From the IMG/VR virus record IMGVR_UViG_3300031455_000001, positions 64,001 to 128,000 of that record: a stretch of DNA of 64,000 nucleotides; one strand, given 5' to 3'. Shown here piece after piece: positions 48,101-58,717 of the stretch. Positions within the stretch are counted from its first letter, which is position 1. Each line of letters begins with the position of its first letter. This DNA is from a virus. The notes under the pieces were generated by a model, which saw only the letters and a program-made list of their open reading frames with translations, was not told the DNA's origin and did not search any database. The translations under genes were made by a program, and so were the position numbers.

Positions 48101-50909
48101 TATGACAACAACTATTCAACCTCTGCCGCAATATCAGCTTCCTATGGTTATAAAACAACCAAAAAAGAGATCGTTTAAAATCAAGGAGTTTATGGATATG
48201 TATAGAGAGCCAGTTATCACTTTTTGTATTACTCCAAATAACGCACCTGAAGTTCAGCGTGAAAGAGGGTCTAGGCATAAGAGGTATTCTGATTTTGAAG
48301 AAGAGATATTCATGGATAAAACTAAGTCAGACCTCTTACTGAATACGATTAATGGTTTATTCGCAAAGTTCTATGCACCAGAAAGAGTAAGACTCTCTAG
48401 AGATGGTGTAAGAATAAAAATGAACGATGTCGTCAGTTACAAAATTGCCATTAGTAATGGTCAAATGAAGTTTTATTTAACAGTCCCTAAAAAATGGTCT
48501 AAAAGTTTTAAGTCTGCAATAATCAGAGATTGGGGTCAAGTGGATATCACAGAGGTAGAAGAGAAAATTATTGAATTTAATCCTTCAAAAGCAAAAGCAA
48601 TGGAGATCCATTTGCGTCATCATTATGCCTTATCTTTAAAACATGAGAAAAAACAAGAAGATTCGCTCTACTCCTCTTTAGCATCTTTAGCGTCTACTAT
48701 GGGTGATGACGACAAGTTACTAATTGATTATAATATAGAACCAATAAACGGAGTGTGGAAAGGCAAGGCAATGAAAAAGATTAGAGATTTTAAAAATGGC
48801 AAAACACCTGCAAGAGAAGATGCTTTAACAGTAAGTGGAGTTATAGGTAAAGTTTTTGATGTATTTAATGTCATATTTGATGAATTTATTTTGATGATAG
48901 AAGAAATCATGGGATCAAAAGATGAAAAAGCGCTAAAGAAAGATCAATTATTTGACTTGCAATATAGTGACAATAAAGTACATGCAAACTCCAACGGATA
49001 CAAAGTCCAAATCAGAGTATTGGGTGAATCTGAAGATGAGAAAAAAGTAAAATATGCTTTTAGAAATATTGAAAATTCTTTCTCATTACTCAATGGCGAT
49101 AATAAATTTTCAATAACTCACATCAAAACAAAGCGTGGGATTAAATCAATTATCAAAGCAGTAGAAGAAAATAGACCAATACTGAATAGAACTACCGATG
49201 TGTATTTTGAAAAGGAAATGAGCAACATTCTTAAAATACCAAGCAAATCTACTCTCAGAGAGTATGGAAATGTTATTATGCAAGATAATTTTACTCGAAC
49301 AGAAATAGGTGACGATTTCTTTATTGATGAATTTGGTGCAATTCCATTTGGTTACACATTAGAGAAAGAGTCAAGAAGATTGTTATTTGGCGGATATCAA
49401 CGTGAAGATTGGACTCCAAAAGGTAGATGCGTAAAAGACAAGGTTGTTAAGTTAGACGATCGTAGTACAGCTACAATGGTGTTCGGTTCAATGGGGTCGG
49501 GGAAGACATCTTTATCTGAAAATCAAGCACTTTATACTTTTGGTGCGCATATAAAAGATTATGAAGAATGGAAAAAACAAAGTAAGTCAGTAGTTGTTTT
49601 CGATGTTGCCGATGGAAGCATGGTAAACAATATTTACAACCACATTCCAGACCACTTAAAGTCTAGAGTTATACTGTTAAACCATTCTAACTTTAACAAT
49701 CCAATTGGTGTTAATAATGCTGATTTAGCAGAATTTAACACAGATGTTATGAATGATGAAGACTATGCTTATACACTTGCCGAAATGGAAGCTAAATTAG
49801 TGTTAGAGATTCTTAAGTCAGACAAGACTATGGCTATGGACAGATGGTTCACATCTTCTCTTCAAGCCGTACACTCAGTCAACAAGGATTGGGGCTATAT
49901 AGAGGCGATGCGAACGCTTATAGATGACGACTTTAGAGCAACAGAAATCATACCATATTTAGAAAATAAAAGGTTAAAACTGGAGATGAAAACTTACCAT
50001 AAACTAGCCACAAAGGGAGAAGCAAAAACAATTATTCAAACCATAGAAAATAGATTTAGCCAGCTGGAAAGAGATCAAAAACTGTGGGATTGCATAGCCC
50101 AGAAACCATTAAGAGATGAAGATGGCAAAGTTAAATTAAATTTTAGAAAAATGATGGATGGAGATGAAGATGGCGCATATATGATACTCGTTTACATCCC
50201 TAAATCAGGAGTATCTAATTTGTATAGAAAATTCGTATTTTCTCATTATTTCACTAAAGTTTGGAACGTCTTATTGTCAAGAGAAGTAGGATTTGGAGGT
50301 CGAGAATACAGACCAGAAACATTAATCATAATAGATGAAATTCATCAGATAGTCGATATACCAATTGTGGCAAAGCTGTTTGTTGATTTATTTAAAGAGC
50401 CTAGAAAATACTCTGGACGATACTGGTTTACGTTGCACGGCTGGTCATCCCTTGCCAAGGCTGGTCGAGGTTTAGAGGGTGATATAAAACAGTCTATCAT
50501 GGACAATGGTTGCAACTTGATAATGCTCAAAGGTGGAGGAGAGGCTTTTAGCAGTCTGTCCGACTTCCTACAACCAATGACTATAGCAGATTTTAACAAC
50601 CTCATGAACATGGAGTTTTGTGGAATATTCGCTCTCAGATGGGCAAATAAAAATCACGTTTTTCAAGCAAGAATGTTGCCTGATCTAAAGGAAAACAAAG
50701 ACTTTAAAAAATTCAGCAATGCTGATTCTGACTTCCTAACCAAATACTCATCCGAATATGGATTGTCAAAACAAGAAGTTCGTGATGATAACCTTGAGCG
50801 TAGCTATTCTATGATTGAAAATTCTATTGTGAACAGCTTTGCAGAAGATGTGAGTGAGCAAGATTTAAGTCAATTAGAAAGTATCGGAAAAGAGGGCTTC
50901 AAAAAATAG
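48093..50909 (+). CDS. VirD4/TraG/HerA-like DNA-translocating ATPase
   Basis: GSMGSGKT, VVFD, IIIDEIHQ, EPRKY. Confidence 0.8.
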   Translation: MSSMTTTIQPLPQYQLPMVIKQPKKRSFKIKEFMDMYREPVITFCITPNNAPEVQRERGSRHKRYSDFEEEIFMDKTKSDLLLNTINGLFAKFYAPERVRLSRDGVRIKMNDVVSYKIAISNGQMKFYLTVPKKWSKSFKSAIIRDWGQVDITEVEEKIIEFNPSKAKAMEIHLRHHYALSLKHEKKQEDSLYSSLASLASTMGDDDKLLIDYNIEPINGVWKGKAMKKIRDFKNGKTPAREDALTVSGVIGKVFDVFNVIFDEFILMIEEIMGSKDEKALKKDQLFDLQYSDNKVHANSNGYKVQIRVLGESEDEKKVKYAFRNIENSFSLLNGDNKFSITHIKTKRGIKSIIKAVEENRPILNRTTDVYFEKEMSNILKIPSKSTLREYGNVIMQDNFTRTEIGDDFFIDEFGAIPFGYTLEKESRRLLFGGYQREDWTPKGRCVKDKVVKLDDRSTATMVFGSMGSGKTSLSENQALYTFGAHIKDYEEWKKQSKSVVVFDVADGSMVNNIYNHIPDHLKSRVILLNHSNFNNPIGVNNADLAEFNTDVMNDEDYAYTLAEMEAKLVLEILKSDKTMAMDRWFTSSLQAVHSVNKDWGYIEAMRTLIDDDFRATEIIPYLENKRLKLEMKTYHKLATKGEAKTIIQTIENRFSQLERDQKLWDCIAQKPLRDEDGKVKLNFRKMMDGDEDGAYMILVYIPKSGVSNLYRKFVFSHYFTKVWNVLLSREVGFGGREYRPETLIIIDEIHQIVDIPIVAKLFVDLFKEPRKYSGRYWFTLHGWSSLAKAGRGLEGDIKQSIMDNGCNLIMLKGGGEAFSSLSDFLQPMTIADFNNLMNMEFCGIFALRWANKNHVFQARMLPDLKENKDFKKFSNADSDFLTKYSSEYGLSKQEVRDDNLERSYSMIENSIVNSFAEDVSEQDLSQLESIGKEGFKK

Positions 50910-50957
50910 CTTTTTATTCTTTATTATATCATTATATTTTATGATTGTCAAGAAAGG

Positions 50958-51821
50958 ATGCTATATAATATGAAAAAGAGGGCATCTTGGAATGAGAGAG
51001 AACATGTGGATAGGATAACTTTAGATTGGGTAAAGACTAATTGCAGGTTGACAGGGAGAGAGATTAGTCTATTGCAATTAGTCTATGACCGCAAGCTAGT
51101 GAGAAGAGATCATTTGGAAATAATAAGCGAACAATACCGTAACACAGGTGACAACAGAAGCATTTTATTAAATAGGGCAATAAGGAAAATGTATCGTTGC
51201 ATGTGTCTTGATAAGGTTCATGAAAAACAAGAAATAGGAAAAGGGAACAGTCCTTGCATAGTAGCGTTGGACAGGGCGGGTTCACTGCTATTAAATGTTT
51301 CTCATAGGAAGAGAATAGCACAGCGTAAAGTTACTCACAAGGGGAGAACTTATGTTCTTAGAACATTACCTTTGAACTATAAACACATAAATGGAGTCAA
51401 TCAAATTGAGGTAGATACAATATTATCTGGTAATAAAATAGTTCAATGGAGACATGAAATTGGAATAAAATTCTTATATGGTGATGAGGAGATACTTGTG
51501 ATATCAGATGTCTTAATGGAGTTAAAAGTTAAAGAAAAATCATTATTTATTTTCTTAGAGTACGATACTGGATCGGAAGATATGGGGAATCGAAATACTT
51601 TTCCAACAATCCACGATAAATTGATCAAATATAGAAAATACAAGAACTCACAATTATGGAGTGAGAATTATCCTTATTTCCCAATAATCCTGCTTGTTAC
51701 AGAAGATGGCAATCGTATACCCTACTTCAATCAAAAATGTAAAGAATTGGGTTTGCAAGGCTTTGGTGTTTATCACAAAAATTATGTAAATTTCTTAAGG
51801 CACTTAGTGAATATCATTTAA
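50958..51821 (+). CDS. Replication-relaxation (Replic_Relax) family protein
   Basis: N-terminal wHTH (LTGREISLL), FLEYDTGSE, KLIKY. Confidence 0.8.
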   Translation: MLYNMKKRASWNEREHVDRITLDWVKTNCRLTGREISLLQLVYDRKLVRRDHLEIISEQYRNTGDNRSILLNRAIRKMYRCMCLDKVHEKQEIGKGNSPCIVALDRAGSLLLNVSHRKRIAQRKVTHKGRTYVLRTLPLNYKHINGVNQIEVDTILSGNKIVQWRHEIGIKFLYGDEEILVISDVLMELKVKEKSLFIFLEYDTGSEDMGNRNTFPTIHDKLIKYRKYKNSQLWSENYPYFPIILLVTEDGNRIPYFNQKCKELGLQGFGVYHKNYVNFLRHLVNII

Positions 51822-51936
51822 GTGCCTTAAATTTGCGATTTAAACCATTATTTTTTGTTTTAATACTTAGGTATTCAAATCTATTTAAAATTCAACCTAG
51901 ACCCCTTAGAATCGATTTAAAGGGCATATAGGGGTA

Positions 51937-52977
51937 TTACATAACCCCTAGCTTTTGCAACAACTTAATCTGCGTTGTTCTATCTACGTTCTTAATTAGC
52001 CCTAAAAGGTCGTCAGTTGACAGTCGATCAAACTCTTCCACGGGTATTTTAGTATTAATATCAACTGTTACAAGCTCCTCTAGATTCTTCTTAGCCATAT
52101 AATCATTCAGAGTAGTAGAGACATTATTGTGATCTCCATGTTGTTGCATGGCTTTAATATCTCCGCCTGTGATAATATTTACTTCGTTGATTGATGCCTT
52201 CTTGATTGAGTGGAAAACAATCTTCCTGTTACCAAAGTCAATGTTATCTCTGATATACTTCATCATCTTAGATATTGTTTTATCCGTCAACTCGAATATA
52301 TTATCGCTATCTTTAGTTCTAGCCTCCTTGTAGCTCATCAAAGCTTTATACAGGTCGTTTGAGATCTTCTTATGTGACCACTTATTACCCTTCCCTAAAA
52401 CCTTCATAAACCACACACCATCGATGTTTATAATCTGATCCCATTTTGCTGTGCGAATAGAATCCTTACGGAAGGCGGTAGCATAAGCAACTCTCACCAA
52501 TAGTGATTTCTCCAAGCCTTTACGAGTGGTTGACACCAGATTAATTATGGCTAATATTTCTTCATGTGTGAGCGTATCATAGCTCTCAACATCATGTTTA
52601 CCATAGCTCTCAACATCGAACCAAGCTCTTCTAACTTTGAATCCATCATCCTCAAACCTTTTGTATAACTCCCTCAGTGATGAAAATGTATTATTTACAG
52701 TCCCACCTTTGTACTGCTCCTTTAACGCAACTTGATACGATCCAATTTGGCTAGGAGTAAATATTAAATCATCTGGGTTTAAATCCTTTAACTCCTTACC
52801 TCTCATTGTTTTAAAAAAATCACGTATTGATCTTTCATATGTTCCTCTTGTGTTCTCACTATTCTGCGCCTTGCGTGAAAGGTAGGTATGAATTGTTGCA
52901 TAAACATTTTCTCCTTCAGTTTTCGGATTCAATTGTCTCACTGCACCTAGTTTAGCCATTACATCAATCCTCCTCAA
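51937..52977 (-). CDS. Tyrosine recombinase
   Basis: TAFR, GKGNK, FHSIKK, GDH, DY catalytic set. Confidence 0.85.
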   Translation of the reverse strand: MRRIDVMAKLGAVRQLNPKTEGENVYATIHTYLSRKAQNSENTRGTYERSIRDFFKTMRGKELKDLNPDDLIFTPSQIGSYQVALKEQYKGGTVNNTFSSLRELYKRFEDDGFKVRRAWFDVESYGKHDVESYDTLTHEEILAIINLVSTTRKGLEKSLLVRVAYATAFRKDSIRTAKWDQIINIDGVWFMKVLGKGNKWSHKKISNDLYKALMSYKEARTKDSDNIFELTDKTISKMMKYIRDNIDFGNRKIVFHSIKKASINEVNIITGGDIKAMQQHGDHNNVSTTLNDYMAKKNLEELVTVDINTKIPVEEFDRLSTDDLLGLIKNVDRTTQIKLLQKLGVM

Positions 52978-53048
52978 ATTATATAAATCATAATTTTATT
53001 ATACTATACTTTTTGTTAATTGTCAATGAAAAATTGATGCTATTTTTA

Positions 53049-53200
53049 GCAGGTAGTCTAGGTATCGTAGATATCAATATACTTAAGATTATATATATTA
53101 TATTTATATATACTATATTTTTATATATTATATTTATTATAATTATATATATTATATATAGGTATAGTATATTGATATTTACGATACCTAGACTACCTGC
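53049..53200. repeat. 35-bp inverted repeats around an 82-bp AT-rich core; origin candidate
   Basis: Arms 53049-53083 and 53166-53200 match 34/35. Confidence 0.85.
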
Positions 53201-53211
53201 CTAATTTGCTA

Positions 53212-54078
53212 TCAAATACCCCTCCAAATATATTCGTTAGGACTCATTTGGTGATCAGTATTACCCCCTCTGTTTGCCACCCATCCAGAATGGTTAACGG
53301 ATATATATTTCTTCTTTTTCAACTTTTTCAAATGACAATAAAATGTTCTGTTGCTGATTCCTGTCTCTAACAATATTTTGTATAAAGTTATGGCTCTTAG
53401 ATTGTTTTTGTACCCTTTGCATTTCGACTTGATATAGCAGTACAACATTAGATCAGTGTTGTCGAGGTCATCGCTGAATACAATAGATAAAAATTCATGT
53501 ATGTTAATGCTGTGTGTATTTTCGAAACTGTAAAGAGTTCCATAGTCATTTTCTCCATATGCATCTGTCGTCATGAATAAAGGCTCTTTAACTTCATAGT
53601 TGCGATTCTTGACAAGTGACCTGTATGAATTATAATTTATGTCGTTAGCTGAATCATCAATACAAACAAACTCCAACAATGACACACCATTGATTTTCTC
53701 ATCTTCGCGACTATAAGATCTTACTGGATAATTCTTTATGGTATTAGTGATCTGTAGTTGATCCAGCAGTCCTCCCTTTTTTATAAGTTTATCTACACTC
53801 TTTGTTTTTCTGCTATAACCCAATATTGATTTGATGTCACCATTTTGTACATAGGTATGATTCTCTACGTCAACAAAATGGCAATATTTATACAGGAACG
53901 ACACAGTTAATATATAAGCGTAAGAGAATGCTATTTGCTGAGCATTTACATTATTGTTTTCATCCTTATTCATTCCCGACAATGTTTTGAAGATACTGTT
54001 GGGAATCCTCACATTCGCCTCTCTGCCGTATAGATACTTTAAATTTTCAAAGTGTTCTCTCATTCCATACTCCCCCAT
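53212..54078 (-). CDS. Putative replication initiator / wHTH DNA-binding protein
   Basis: RIPNSIF, C-terminal TGISNRTFYCHLKKL wHTH; abuts the inverted repeat. Confidence 0.55.
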   Translation of the reverse strand: MGEYGMREHFENLKYLYGREANVRIPNSIFKTLSGMNKDENNNVNAQQIAFSYAYILTVSFLYKYCHFVDVENHTYVQNGDIKSILGYSRKTKSVDKLIKKGGLLDQLQITNTIKNYPVRSYSREDEKINGVSLLEFVCIDDSANDINYNSYRSLVKNRNYEVKEPLFMTTDAYGENDYGTLYSFENTHSINIHEFLSIVFSDDLDNTDLMLYCYIKSKCKGYKNNLRAITLYKILLETGISNRTFYCHLKKLKKKKYISVNHSGWVANRGGNTDHQMSPNEYIWRGI

Positions 54079-54158
54079 TTTTCTGTAAACCTTTTTGTAT
54101 TATATCATTATTTTTTGCTAATGTCAAGGGTTGGAAAGGATTTATGTAGCATAGTTCT

Positions 54159-54578
54159 TTGACAATTGAAACAAATAATGATATAATAATATTAGAAGGT
54201 AAGACTTCTAGAGAGGAAGTGGGGATTATTGGAGTCAAATTAGATGATGAATTAATCGTCACTTACGACAAACTCTACAGAGACAATGTTAGCATTGATT
54301 ACATTGATAAAAAAAATATCATAAATGAAAAAAATGCAGTATTACTTTCCCGACTGTATATGTTATCGCAATTAACGATAGGTGAGTTTGTTTATAAATC
54401 AATATATATAAAAAGAAAAGAGTTCGATTTGATGTGGAAGACATATAAAAGAGTGGCAATTGAAAACAACTTAAGACCCACTGTAGAAAATGGTAACCTC
54501 ATCTTCAACCATACTTTAAGAAGTCAAATAAGAACTGTAGGGGATAAATTTATTTTGAAAGGTGAAAGAGATGAGTGA
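54159..54578 (+). CDS. Hypothetical protein
   Basis: ORF. Confidence 0.6.
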   Translation: MTIETNNDIIILEGKTSREEVGIIGVKLDDELIVTYDKLYRDNVSIDYIDKKNIINEKNAVLLSRLYMLSQLTIGEFVYKSIYIKRKEFDLMWKTYKRVAIENNLRPTVENGNLIFNHTLRSQIRTVGDKFILKGERDE

Positions 54579-54963
54579 AAGTATTTATAGCAATGTAAAC
54601 CTTTCTGATACTGATGTTGTTAAATTTTTATTATTAAGCAGATATAGCTTAGACAATTACTACAACGAACAATCCAATGATTACTTTGATGTTGCAGGTG
54701 TGACAGGGATTGTTGATCAAGAGCTGATGTCTTTGTTCGCATCGCTAGACGAAATCATAAAAAAATTGGAATTAACAAAAAGACAGATAGCTATTTTGAA
54801 ATTACTGGAGTGCGGATTTACATTCTCTGATATCGGAAAAAACAACTCGACAAAGATGAGAAGAGAAAGTGCAGTAAAGTCATTTAATGCGATATGTGCT
54901 AAAATTGTGCAGGAAAATGATTCCAAATGGAAGCAGACAGTCAAGAAGGGATTAGTAAAATGA
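54562..54963 (+). CDS. sigma70-region-4/LuxR-like HTH protein
   Basis: LTKRQIAILKLLECGFTFSDIG. Confidence 0.65.
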   Translation: MKEMSESIYSNVNLSDTDVVKFLLLSRYSLDNYYNEQSNDYFDVAGVTGIVDQELMSLFASLDEIIKKLELTKRQIAILKLLECGFTFSDIGKNNSTKMRRESAVKSFNAICAKIVQENDSKWKQTVKKGLVK

Positions 54964-55703
54964 AAGAAATTAAGTCAGAAATTTTAATGGAAGAGGGGTT
55001 TGTTGGTTATAAATTATCTCTGTATGAAGATGGGACAGTTTCGTTGTATAACGAGAATGGTAATTTGATAACAGACACCTTTGATAGGAATGGATTTTGT
55101 ACATATTTTTCAAATGACAGTGGTGAATTTATTTATAAACATATGCTCATAGTTAAGTATTTATTCAACGGCAGTGACAATTGCAGAGTTAAGTTCCTTG
55201 ATGGAGACAATACAAACCTCAACATAAATAATATGGTATTGTGTGATATGAAGGATTACAGAGCTATTCAGATAGAGTTATCGAAAAATCATGATGAGAT
55301 GATGGCAGATAGAAAAAAGAAAAGTAGAGAAAAAAAGTTACAAAACACAGTCCACAAAGCTACTTACAATGAAGAGGATGTATTTTATCAAGTAAAGCTA
55401 CCCAATGGAGACAAGCATAAATTGATAAAGAATGTGTCAATTGAAGAGAAGAAGTTGATTGTTGAGAGTCTTTTAGCGCAATGGGATGATGTCATACTTG
55501 AGAATTGGAATAGCAATTCAATCACTTTCTTTCTTGACTCTTTAGCTAACTATCTAGTCTGGCACAACGACAAAGATGAAATAAGAAAAAGAAATGGCGA
55601 GATACTTTCCAATCGCAAAAACAACAAAATGGTTGGGTTGGAGAGAGATAGTAACCTGTCTTATCTTGAAGCCGATGAAGATAAAAGAGAGAGGTTTTAC
55701 TGA
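54927..55703 (+). CDS. Hypothetical protein with degenerate HNH-like segment (start probably 54960)
   Basis: VKFLDGDNTNLNINNM. Confidence 0.6.
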   Translation: MEADSQEGISKMKEIKSEILMEEGFVGYKLSLYEDGTVSLYNENGNLITDTFDRNGFCTYFSNDSGEFIYKHMLIVKYLFNGSDNCRVKFLDGDNTNLNINNMVLCDMKDYRAIQIELSKNHDEMMADRKKKSREKKLQNTVHKATYNEEDVFYQVKLPNGDKHKLIKNVSIEEKKLIVESLLAQWDDVILENWNSNSITFFLDSLANYLVWHNDKDEIRKRNGEILSNRKNNKMVGLERDSNLSYLEADEDKRERFY

Positions 55704-55706
55704 GTT

Positions 55707-56000
55707 ATGACAAATGCAAAATTAAATGAAGTATATAGCAAGTTTAAAAAAAGCGACAATAATGAGATCAAATGGTGTTATGTAAATACAGAAAATGAGT
55801 TTGAGTTTTTAGGAAGCACTTACATTATCGATAATACCGTTGAACAATATAAAGTATATAATAAATCAGGAGATGTTGAAAACTACACTAATGAGGCTTA
55901 CATGGAGCAAATTCTAGCAGTGTTAAGTTTCGGTGAACTTCACTTCTTCGACCAATATGGTGAATGTATAAATAACGATTTAATAGGTATGGTGAGTTAG
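55707..56000 (+). CDS. Hypothetical protein
   Basis: ORF. Confidence 0.7.
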   Translation: MTNAKLNEVYSKFKKSDNNEIKWCYVNTENEFEFLGSTYIIDNTVEQYKVYNKSGDVENYTNEAYMEQILAVLSFGELHFFDQYGECINNDLIGMVS

Positions 56001-56297
56001 TTGAAGTTGTCTGAATTGAAACACAGTGTGTGGGAAGATGAACGTGTAAGAAAGATGGGAATACGTAAGGGTGAGATAAAAATAATTGTGGATGTAGTCA
56101 TAGAAAAAATTGTTGAAGGTCTTTTTATTTATGGATGCGTCAAACTTAAAGGCTTATTTACTTTAGAAATAAGAAGAGCAAAAGGTCGAAGAATTACAAA
56201 TCCACAAACAGGAAAAGAAATGCATTCTAAAGATTATAACAAAATCGGGATAATACCATCAGAGAAAGTAAAGAGTGGTCTTAAAAATTTCGAGTAA
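56001..56297 (+). CDS. HU/IHF-family DNA-binding protein
   Basis: VKLKGLFTL...RRITNPQTGKEM. Confidence 0.85.
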   Translation: MKLSELKHSVWEDERVRKMGIRKGEIKIIVDVVIEKIVEGLFIYGCVKLKGLFTLEIRRAKGRRITNPQTGKEMHSKDYNKIGIIPSEKVKSGLKNFE

Positions 56298-57576
56298 TGG
56301 CTATTTGATGAGACAAGGGAGAATGACAATGAAAATGAGAGAAAATAACAAGAAGTATTTAGTTGATACAAATGAGCTTTTTAGAAATCCTAATGTGATT
56401 GTTGATCACAATGTGGTTATTACATCCCATGTATTGAGAGAAGTTGAACATTTAGAGTTAACCAAAAAACAGGATAGGGTTTTACAATATCAAATTAGAA
56501 GATTTAAAAAAATATTAGATAAACATGACCATGTCCTCTACGATTTAAAGGATTATGAATTTAATCTAAGAGATGATTGGGACGGGAAATATGTTGATAA
56601 TATCTTAATACAGGTTATGCTTGAGAACGATTTTGGCTTAATCTCTAATGATAGATTATTAAGAGAAAAAGCTAGGCTTTACGGTATTGAAATTTTAGAA
56701 ACAGATTTTAGTGATTATAGTGATTTTGAATATAAAGGATATGTCGAAGTAGAGATGTCCAGAGATGAATTTTCAGAATTTCATGATAATCGATTGGATA
56801 AAAATGAGTTTGAGTTATTGGTCAATCAGTATTTAATAATTCTAGATCCAGAAACTAAAGATCCATATGTAGCTCTCAAGTTCGATGGGGAATTTTATAT
56901 ATCAATCAAAGAAAAGGTAATTGACTCATATAGAATTGGAAAATTTAAAGCAAAAGATTTGTATCAAGCTTGTGTTATTGACTCCTTGATAAACAATAAG
57001 ATTACCCTAATAAGAGGTAAGGCTGGAACAGCAAAAACTTTAAGTGCAATGACTTACGCATTGCAACAAATAGAAAAAGGAAAGCATAATAAGCTTGTAG
57101 TGTTTAGTAATAGTTTACCAACAAAAGGTGCGGTGTTTCTAGGCATGAACAAAGGTAGTCTTAAAGATAAATTACTTCAAGTTTCTATTGGTCATATATT
57201 AGCCAGTAAAATTGGTAGTTATGATGAAGTTGAAGCTATGATGTTAACGGAAGAGCTTTTGGTTTTACCTATGAGTGATATTCGTGGCTTTGATACTACT
57301 GGTATGAATGCAGTAATACTTATTACAGAGGCTCAAAACTTAGATAGAGAACTGATGAAGTTAGCCATTCAGCGTGTGGGTGAAGATTGTAAGATGATTA
57401 TTGAAGGAGATAATAAAACTCAACTAGATTCTGAATTATTTGAAGGCGACAACAATGGTATGAATGCTGTCAGTAATGTTTTTAAAGGTCATGATTATTA
57501 TGGTGAAGTAGAACTTAAAAATATTTACAGAAGTGAGATTGCTAGGATGGCTGAGTTGTTGACTCAAGATGAGTAA
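56275..57576 (+). CDS. phoH: PIN-PhoH protein
   Basis: PIN LVDTN...VDN...SND; GKAGTAKT, IRG, TEAQN, GD..Q.D, RS. Confidence 0.9.
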   Translation: MVLKISSNGYLMRQGRMTMKMRENNKKYLVDTNELFRNPNVIVDHNVVITSHVLREVEHLELTKKQDRVLQYQIRRFKKILDKHDHVLYDLKDYEFNLRDDWDGKYVDNILIQVMLENDFGLISNDRLLREKARLYGIEILETDFSDYSDFEYKGYVEVEMSRDEFSEFHDNRLDKNEFELLVNQYLIILDPETKDPYVALKFDGEFYISIKEKVIDSYRIGKFKAKDLYQACVIDSLINNKITLIRGKAGTAKTLSAMTYALQQIEKGKHNKLVVFSNSLPTKGAVFLGMNKGSLKDKLLQVSIGHILASKIGSYDEVEAMMLTEELLVLPMSDIRGFDTTGMNAVILITEAQNLDRELMKLAIQRVGEDCKMIIEGDNKTQLDSELFEGDNNGMNAVSNVFKGHDYYGEVELKNIYRSEIARMAELLTQDE

Positions 57577-57579
57577 ACG

Positions 57580-58371
57580 TTGCTGAATGATGATTGCAAA
57601 GTTAAAATAAGGTGGAGTTATAAAAATAAATCTTTATATGAGTTAGCAGGATACTTTTTTACTGCTATTGGAGATGAGTTATATATCTATCCTAGCGAAC
57701 TAACAAAAGGTAGTAGTATTAGGGTTAACTATACATGCGACAACTGTGGTAAAAGTGTTGATTTAAAATATAGAGATTATATAAAGAAAGATAAAAGAAA
57801 TGGTGACATCTGCAATCAGTGTAGTTACATAGTAAACAAAAGAACACCTCCCAAGAAAGTAGAAGATATTATTTTTGAAATAGAGAAGAGTAGCAATTGT
57901 GTTTTCATTGGAAACAAAGAAGAATATAAGGATGCAAATTCATCTATCACTCTTAAGTGTATATGCGGAGAGATATTTATTACTACTACCTTGCTATTCA
58001 GACACGAAGATAAAAAACAATGTGATATCTGTGGGTTAAAACTTAGAATAGGAGAAAACCACTACAATTGGAGAGGTGGTGTAACTTCTGAAAATTACAG
58101 AGCCAGAGCGACATCCAAGTATCACAAATGGAGAGATGGTATTTATAAAAGAGATAATTATACTTGTAAAAAATGTGGAGATAAAAAAGGTGGGAATCTT
58201 GAAGCTCATCATATTTTAAATTTCTCAGATCATATAGATATCAGATACGATCTAGACAATGGTATAACTCTGTGTAAAGATTGCCATAGCAAAGGAGATA
58301 AGTCATTTCACAGTATTTATGGCACTCATAACAATACAAAAGAACAATTAGAAGAATTTTTAAAAATATAA
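57580..58371 (+). CDS. HNH endonuclease with Zn ribbons
   Basis: RDNYTCKKCG...LEAHHI...NGITLCKDCH. Confidence 0.85.
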   Translation: MLNDDCKVKIRWSYKNKSLYELAGYFFTAIGDELYIYPSELTKGSSIRVNYTCDNCGKSVDLKYRDYIKKDKRNGDICNQCSYIVNKRTPPKKVEDIIFEIEKSSNCVFIGNKEEYKDANSSITLKCICGEIFITTTLLFRHEDKKQCDICGLKLRIGENHYNWRGGVTSENYRARATSKYHKWRDGIYKRDNYTCKKCGDKKGGNLEAHHILNFSDHIDIRYDLDNGITLCKDCHSKGDKSFHSIYGTHNNTKEQLEEFLKI

Positions 58372-58380
58372 CATTAACTG

Positions 58381-58409
58381 TTGACAACAACAAAATATTA
58401 TGGTATAAT
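58381..58409 (+). promoter_or_regulatory. sigma-A promoter of the RNA cluster
   Basis: TTGACA-17-TATAAT. Confidence 0.8.
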
Positions 58410-58529
58410 TAGTTTATGAGTTAGGGAAGACCTCTAAAACTCCCGACAAATAAATGGGTGCGCTTCAATGGCGGGGATGATTAGTTGACTACTAATCATC
58501 CCAAATTAAAAAGAATGTAAGATAGGCAT

Positions 58530-58558
58530 TTGACAAGTGTAACAAATTATGATATAAT
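58530..58558 (+). promoter_or_regulatory. Second sigma-A promoter of the RNA cluster
   Basis: TTGACA-17-TATAAT. Confidence 0.8.
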
Positions 58559-58597
58559 ATGATTACATGTTAAATACTTAATCTATAATCATATTAA

Positions 58598-58669
58598 GTG
58601 GATGTAGGCTAGTGGTAAGTCGCTCGGTTTGGGGTCGAGAAATCGCAGGTTCAAATCCTGCCATCCGCA
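58598..58669 (+). tRNA. tRNA-Pro(TGG)
   Basis: Cloverleaf; acceptor GTGGATG/CATCCGC; loop TT-TGG-GG; TTCAAAT. Confidence 0.85.
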
Positions 58670-58717
58670 TTGGTTCTCACACCATAATAAGTGATTGTTT
58701 GGCTCAGATGTATTGGT

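Noticed and set aside
53049-53200. Protelomerase target (telRL)
   Set aside because: Arms are separated by 82 bp rather than contiguous, and the neighbouring enzyme looks like an ordinary integrase-family recombinase
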